From: Arenicellales bacterium | Lineage (GTDB): Bacteria > Pseudomonadota > Gammaproteobacteria > Arenicellales > JAJDZL01 | Direction of reading: 5' to 3' | DNA length: 64,000 nucleotides | NCBI GenBank assembly: GCA_965205205.1 | Contig: CBDBFX010000002.1 | Location: forward strand, 2,285,824 to 2,349,823 | Shown: in pieces, positions 59,601 through 64,000 of the stretch | How positions within the stretch are numbered: position 1 is the first letter of the stretch | How the letters are laid out: the number at the start of each line of letters is the position of its first letter | Translations under genes and position numbers: made by a program | Notes under the pieces: generated by a model | Database searches by the model: none | What the model was told of the DNA's origin: nothing | The model's input: the letters and a program-made list of their open reading frames with translations, nothing else

Positions 59601-62600
59601 CGCGGCAATGCCGACACGGCGGTGGTGACGATCACCGTCGAGCCGATGGTTACGGTCTCGGTACCCGCGGCCCTGTCGGTGACCGAGGGGACGGACGAAA
59701 ATGCAGTGGTCAAGGTAACGACGACGGCGGCTTTCGGGCGGGCCGTGACCTTTGATGTGAGCTATGGCGGTACGGCGAGCTCGAACGATTATGGACCGGG
59801 GCCGAGTACGGTGGCGTTCGCCGCGGCTGATACGGAGCAGACGCTGACGATTCCGATCACCGACGACGCGCGTCGAGAAACGGCGGAAACGATTGTGGTG
59901 ACGCTGGCGGTTTCGGGTACCCTGCCGGCCGGTTATGCGCTTGATAATCACGTTGCGACGATAACGGTGGCCGACAACGAAGTGCCGGCCAAACCGGCGG
60001 GATTACGTACGGTGGGCAGCGACCGTCAGGTAGCGCTGTACTGGCACAACCCGTATGATCCTAGCATCACCGACTGGGAGTACGAGTATAAACGGTTAAA
60101 CAACAACGAAATCGTGAATGAAAGCGGCTGGCTCAAGGTCAGCAATGCCGGCCCGGCGACCGCGAGCGTAACAATAAAGAATCTGACCAATCCGTCATTT
60201 GTGGGCAGTGGGTTACGCTATTCATTCCGCGTACGGGCGGTGAACGGCGCCGGGACGGGGCCGGCATCGGATGAAGTATTCGGCCTGCCGGCGCCGGGCG
60301 GCCTGTCGGCGCCGGGCGGCCTGTCGGCGGTGCCGGGCGATGGCCAGGTGACGCTGACCTGGGACAATCCGAACAACGCCGACATCGGAGCATGGATCTT
60401 GCATTACCGGCTGGCATCGGCGCCGCGCCCGGCGACGGACGGGACGGAGTATGTGCTGATCAGGGGGTCCGGTCCCAGCACCACGAGTCACACTGTGACC
60501 GGCCTGACCAATGGTCGCCGCTACCTGTTCGATGTGGCCTACAACACATTTCGTCCGAGTTCGGGGTCGACGGTGTTCGCCATCCCGCAACCGCCGCCGG
60601 CCAAGCCGGCGGGTCTGCGCGCGGTGGCGACTGACGGGGCGGTGACACTGCATTGGGATGCGCTGGGGGATCCGAGCGTCACCCGCTGGGAATACCGGCA
60701 GCAGGAAGCGGAACTGGAGCCGGGCGAATGGAAGGTGATGCGCAATGCTGCGGCAGGTGCGAGAAACTATCGGGTGAGCGGGCTGACCAATGGCACGCAG
60801 TACCGATATTGGGTGCGGGCGGTGAGTGGCATCGGTGAGGGTGCGGTTTCGGATCCGGTGGTCGGGGTGCCGCACGCGCTGGAGACCGTCAGTGTGCCGG
60901 CGACGGTGCGGGTGACGGAGGGCACGGATGACGAGGCGAAGGTGACGGTGACCGCGACGAGGGCTTTGGGCCGAGCGGTGACGTTCAATGTCGCGTACAG
61001 TGGTACGGCGACCGGGGCGGCCGATCCGGCGGCTGGCGACTACGACAACGACGCGGTGACATCGGTGACGTTGGCGGCCGCCGACCTGACGAAGACGCTG
61101 ACGATACCGATTACGGATGACGTGCTGGCGGAGGCTGAGGAGACGATCAGGGTGGCGGTGACGCTGGCGGGCGGGAGCGAACTGCCGACGGGTTATGCGC
61201 TCGGCAACACGCAGGCGACGGTGGTCATTGCGGATGATGATGCGGCGCCGGTGCTCAGGCCGCTGGTGGCGCGCACGGTGACCGTCGGTCAGGTGGTGTC
61301 GGTGACGGCACGCGCCACGGATGCGGATGATGGTGTGCTCCGTTACGAATGGACGCGGAAGGCGGGTGAGACGACGCCGGCGCTGCCCGCAGGGACGAAG
61401 CTGGACGAGGCGCGGCTGACGTTCACTCCGCCTGCGGTCGGCACCTATACGATGACGGTGACGGCGAACGATGGCAACGGCAATACGGACTCGGCGACGG
61501 TGACGGTGACGGTGGTGGCGGCCGGGCTCAGCTATTCGGTGCCGGTGTCGGTGTCGGTGACGGAGGGGACCGACCGGTATGCGGTGGTGCCGGTCACGGT
61601 GTCGGCGGGGTCCGGTCGGTATGCGGAATTGAGCGTTCGCTATGATGGAGGTACGGCGCGCGGTGCGGCCAATCCGCTGGATGGCGACTACGATGACGAC
61701 GCGGTGACGACGGTGCGATTTCCGGCGGGAGCCGCGGCGGGGTCCGTACAGGCGATTCGGATCCCGATCACCGACGATCGGGAAGCGGAGTCGGCGGAGA
61801 CGATCATCGTGAGGATTGTGGGGACCGACCTGCCGGCCGGGGCAATTCTGGGTCAGAGTATGACGGAGGTCGCCATTGCGGATGATGATGTGGCGGGCGT
61901 TACGCTGTCGGTGAGCGAGCTGACGGTGGCCGAGGGTGGCCGTGGTACGTATACGATGAAGCTGAACACGCGGCCGTCTGGAGATGTGGTGGTGACGGTC
62001 GGTGGTGCGTCTGGGGATGTGTCGGTGACGGGTTCGCCGCTGACGTTTACGGTGGCGGACTGGAACCTGCCACAGCGGTTGACGGTGACGATGGCCGAGG
62101 ATGCGGATGCGTGGGCGGACCCCGAGGTGGTGCTGAAGCATGCGGCGGTGAGCGGTGGCTATGATGAGGTGGCCATCGGTACGGTGACGGTGTCGGGTAC
62201 GGACAATGATGAGCCGGGGGTGACGGTATCAGTGGGCGAGCTGACGGTGGCCGAGGGTGGCAGTGGCACGTATGAGCTGGTGCTGGACACGCGGCCGTTG
62301 GCGGCTGTGGTGGTGACGGTTGGCGGCGAGTCTGGGGATGTGTCGGTGTCGGGTTCGCCGCTGACGTTCACGCAGGAGAATTGGGCTGCGCCGCAGACGG
62401 TGACGGTGTCGGCGGCGGAGGATGCGGATGTGCGGGTGGATGCGGCGGTGACACTGACGCACCGGGTGAGTGGCGGTGACTACGGCAAGGTGTCGGTCGG
62501 TGCGGTGGTGGTGACGGTGGCTGAGAACGATGTGCCGGTGAAGCCGGCCGGTTTTCGGGCGAAGGGGGGTGATGGTCGGGTGACGCTGTCATGGGATCGA

Positions 62601-64000
62601 GTGCGGGCTGAGGCGGGTATCACGGGCTGGCAGTATCAGCACAAGACGGGCGCGGCGGAGTATGGCGATGAGTGGACGGCCATCGACGATGGCGCGGCGA
62701 CGAGTCATGAGGTGTCAGGTCTGGTCAACGGTCGGCCTTATTCGTTCCGGCTGCGGGCGGTCAGCGCGGTGGGGTTGGGAGCGGTCTCCGCATCGGTGAC
62801 GGCGACCCCGGTGGCGGTGGTGCCGTGTCGGCTCGTCATTCGGGAGGCGTTGGGCGCAGATATCGACGGATCGAAAGGTTCGATCTTAGGGGTGAATCTA
62901 CGGATTCCGGCCCGCTGCGGGCGGGTCACAGGGATGGAGTATCAGCTCCGGAAGCCCGGTGAGAGCTGGGCGGCCGGGTGGTTGACGCCGGAGCTGTTTA
63001 GTATGTCGGCCAAAGTCGAGTTCGAGTCGATGGCGGCGGTGCAGGAATCGGGCATGGTGCGCTTCGCCATTCAGACTCCGTACAGCCAGAGCGTTGGTGG
63101 TGCGCTGGAGGTGCGGGTGCGGGCGGTCAACGACGGGGTTCGGGGTCCGGCATCGGCGGCGGAGCGCTTCTGGGTTGGTGCCAATGGGCCGGCGCCGACC
63201 GGGCTGGTGGCGTTTCCGGGCAATGGTTCGGTGACCCTGAGTTGGCAGATTCCGCCCGGTGGCGTCAGCTTATGGCAGTACCAGCTGAAGAAGTCGGGCG
63301 GCAGTTACGTGGGGCCTGTCGAAATATTTCCTGGGTCGTCGCTTCATGTTCCGCGCGGTGAGGTGCGGCGATATCAGCATACGTTCGGTGGGCTTGACAA
63401 CGGCACGGAATATGCGTTCCAGGTGAAGGCCGTATATGTCGGGACTGGTAGTGTGTGGAGTAGGGGTGAATGGTCGGAGCCGGTGTCGGCCACGCCACAG
63501 GCGACGGCGGTGGTGCCCGGGGTGGTGACGTCGCTGTCGTCGCTGTCGGTGGCGGAGGGTGGCAGCGACGGTTACACGGTGCAGCTGAACACGGCGCCAG
63601 CGGCGGATGTGACGGTGGCGGTGGCGGGCGCTGCGGGGGATGTGCGGGTGACGGGTGCGCCGCTGACCTTCACGGCGTCGAACTGGAACGTGCCGCAGCG
63701 GGTGACGGTGTGGGCGGCCGAGGACGATGATGCGGTGGCGGATGTGGCGGTAACGCTGAGGCACCAGGTTGCGGACGCGGATGAGACTGTGAAAAGCGGA
63801 TTCGCTGGGTTGGTGGGCGGTTCGGTTGCGGTGACGGTGGTGGAAAAAGATGCGGCTGGGGTGACGGTGTCGGCCACCTCGGTAGCGGTGCCGGAAGGCG
63901 GCTCCTCCAGTTATGAGGTGAAGCTGAACACGCAGCCGACGGGTGATGTGACGGTGTCGTTGAGTGGCGCTGCGGGTGATGTGACGGTGGAACCGCAGAC
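56658..64000 (+). CDS. Giant secreted repeat protein (Calx-beta, fibronectin-III and cadherin/Ig-like modules), 5' part only (>2447 aa, continues beyond window)
   Basis: ATG is preceded by GAGGTGAGG. Sec signal MNVIRRNAVSLVSILPFALSSALA. The frame has no stop to the end of the window, so the ORF is absent from the track because it is open-ended. Repeated modules include ...DDNLLEGDETFTVTL (Calx-beta) and GDGQVTLTWD...ITGWQYR...LTNGTxYxFxVRAVN (FN3). Others are TDADNDSLSYAWT (cadherin/Ig-like) and EGGSGTYTVKLNxxP...LTFTxxNWxxPQTVTV. Confidence 0.9.
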   Translation, partial: MNVIRRNAVSLVSILPFALSSALAPLESSAQAASQTPAAVSLSIADTSVVENVGTLNLTVTATPVPSSAVSFKYTVTAESGDTASESDFTAVSTATTATIAANQATTTIAVTVTDDNLLEGDETFTVTLTEPSTGVTLKKATATVTIKDDESAEAVVSVTELKLVEGGSGTYTVKLNKEPAGNVVVTVGGASGDVTVTGPPLTFTTGNWHTPQTVTVNVAEDSDRTADPDVTLTHTATQGASVSVSAATVVVSVADNDRPAAPTGFGTSAQNRQVVLSWSDPTDDSITGYQLRQRRGSSTWSGWNDIDGAGAETVAHTVRKLDNGIRYSFQIRAINDVGIGGASSAVSTTPRVRAVATPSLVSVTSDSDGVLTVKWTHAGIGAEETVSGTNAFQYWQLGYRLKGSGSAGWRETLASLRNDGLARRQLIQSMTAYPNGTSLEVRIRAVASHSGSGEARYGYGAWSNVLTVKLQNSALAALALSEKKVVLAPAVTATYTVALKQPWAGRVTVSSSDSSKATATPATLDFTASNYSVGQTVTVTGVAAGEAAINHAFRLENASVDLIAEAATVAVTVPDIPGRPAGFMVAARSTNGQVSLSWTDPSNASITGWQYRQKSGGGENWGVWTAIAGSNAGTTRHILTGLATGVEYAFQVRAVTASAEGAPTVAKRVTLAWNGTPTVPTGFTAIAGDRQVTLTWDAQPGQDITQWHYYYKPAGGEYASEPTIIAAGTATSVTIPGLTNGTAYTFVLRAVNGPDNDGFSIFTSGVTATPTQRSLRLSVDAARVKEGDSGRTDVTVTLHLNETAPAGGLSVALAFASDSTATASTVRPASVSCVAPKPNDADVCWGGAIRQLVAAKGTTATFTVGIIGDERQEGDETVVLTASARQSDWQPGRLALTIGDDDAAPVLATLTDQTVKVGEVVKVTAAATDADNDSLSYAWTRRAGETRPALPAGTALDQAQLTFTATEPGIYTMTVTATDGRGNADTAVVTITVEPMVTVSVPAALSVTEGTDENAVVKVTTTAAFGRAVTFDVSYGGTASSNDYGPGPSTVAFAAADTEQTLTIPITDDARRETAETIVVTLAVSGTLPAGYALDNHVATITVADNEVPAKPAGLRTVGSDRQVALYWHNPYDPSITDWEYEYKRLNNNEIVNESGWLKVSNAGPATASVTIKNLTNPSFVGSGLRYSFRVRAVNGAGTGPASDEVFGLPAPGGLSAPGGLSAVPGDGQVTLTWDNPNNADIGAWILHYRLASAPRPATDGTEYVLIRGSGPSTTSHTVTGLTNGRRYLFDVAYNTFRPSSGSTVFAIPQPPPAKPAGLRAVATDGAVTLHWDALGDPSVTRWEYRQQEAELEPGEWKVMRNAAAGARNYRVSGLTNGTQYRYWVRAVSGIGEGAVSDPVVGVPHALETVSVPATVRVTEGTDDEAKVTVTATRALGRAVTFNVAYSGTATGAADPAAGDYDNDAVTSVTLAAADLTKTLTIPITDDVLAEAEETIRVAVTLAGGSELPTGYALGNTQATVVIADDDAAPVLRPLVARTVTVGQVVSVTARATDADDGVLRYEWTRKAGETTPALPAGTKLDEARLTFTPPAVGTYTMTVTANDGNGNTDSATVTVTVVAAGLSYSVPVSVSVTEGTDRYAVVPVTVSAGSGRYAELSVRYDGGTARGAANPLDGDYDDDAVTTVRFPAGAAAGSVQAIRIPITDDREAESAETIIVRIVGTDLPAGAILGQSMTEVAIADDDVAGVTLSVSELTVAEGGRGTYTMKLNTRPSGDVVVTVGGASGDVSVTGSPLTFTVADWNLPQRLTVTMAEDADAWADPEVVLKHAAVSGGYDEVAIGTVTVSGTDNDEPGVTVSVGELTVAEGGSGTYELVLDTRPLAAVVVTVGGESGDVSVSGSPLTFTQENWAAPQTVTVSAAEDADVRVDAAVTLTHRVSGGDYGKVSVGAVVVTVAENDVPVKPAGFRAKGGDGRVTLSWDRVRAEAGITGWQYQHKTGAAEYGDEWTAIDDGAATSHEVSGLVNGRPYSFRLRAVSAVGLGAVSASVTATPVAVVPCRLVIREALGADIDGSKGSILGVNLRIPARCGRVTGMEYQLRKPGESWAAGWLTPELFSMSAKVEFESMAAVQESGMVRFAIQTPYSQSVGGALEVRVRAVNDGVRGPASAAERFWVGANGPAPTGLVAFPGNGSVTLSWQIPPGGVSLWQYQLKKSGGSYVGPVEIFPGSSLHVPRGEVRRYQHTFGGLDNGTEYAFQVKAVYVGTGSVWSRGEWSEPVSATPQATAVVPGVVTSLSSLSVAEGGSDGYTVQLNTAPAADVTVAVAGAAGDVRVTGAPLTFTASNWNVPQRVTVWAAEDDDAVADVAVTLRHQVADADETVKSGFAGLVGGSVAVTVVEKDAAGVTVSATSVAVPEGGSSSYEVKLNTQPTGDVTVSLSGAAGDVTVEPQ

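Noticed and set aside
60222-62141. 639-aa minus-strand ORF and other antisense ORFs across 56.4-63.9 kb.
   Set aside because: They are Arg/His-rich nonsense translations antisense to the uninterrupted, domain-rich plus-strand giant ORF.

Overview
This is a bacterial chromosomal window whose gene order looks gammaproteobacterial (glyQS-plsC, pdxA-rsmA, glnA, metK-ahcY, tusA). I cannot name the species. All identity statements are by-eye comparisons; no alignments or database searches were run.

- **1-14.1 kb, mostly housekeeping.** A class-III aminotransferase, then a methanethiol-oxidase-type operon (SBP56/mtoX, SCO1/senC, mauG-like). Then an AT-rich two-gene islet, a DUF465 gene, and ahcY-metK. 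Then a decayed sigma54-activator (ntrC-like) relic downstream of glnA, and tusA overlapping a PP-loop thiolase-like gene.
- **14.7-21.5 kb, a repeat and mobile island.** Three tandem ~2.06-kb units carry Rpn/YhgA-like PD-(D/E)XK genes: one 5'-truncated, one intact, and one with a premature stop. An IS4/Tn5-like IS with a 9-bp target duplication splits the island, and an empty-site copy is present in the next unit.
- **22.1-29.9 kb, housekeeping again.** A fused glyQS, a MazG-like gene, plsC, a secreted hypothetical, rsmA, pdxA, a CDGSH protein, and a moaB broken at two homopolymer runs.
- **30.2-55.4 kb, the standout.** Eleven head-to-tail paralogs (516-549 aa) each fuse a P-loop ATPase to a C-terminal PD-(D/E)XK nuclease. 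The period is ~2.0-2.1 kb. Each unit has its own conserved TGnTACAAT promoter-like box and a spacer hairpin. The copies are mosaics of a few alternative sequence cassettes and show a 5-unit higher-order repeat. Two members are decayed, and a second IS4 copy sits in one spacer.
- **55.4-64 kb.** An IS1380-like relic, then a regulatory region with a C9 tract. After that comes the 5' 7.3 kb of a giant secreted Calx-beta/FN3/cadherin-like repeat protein that runs off the window.
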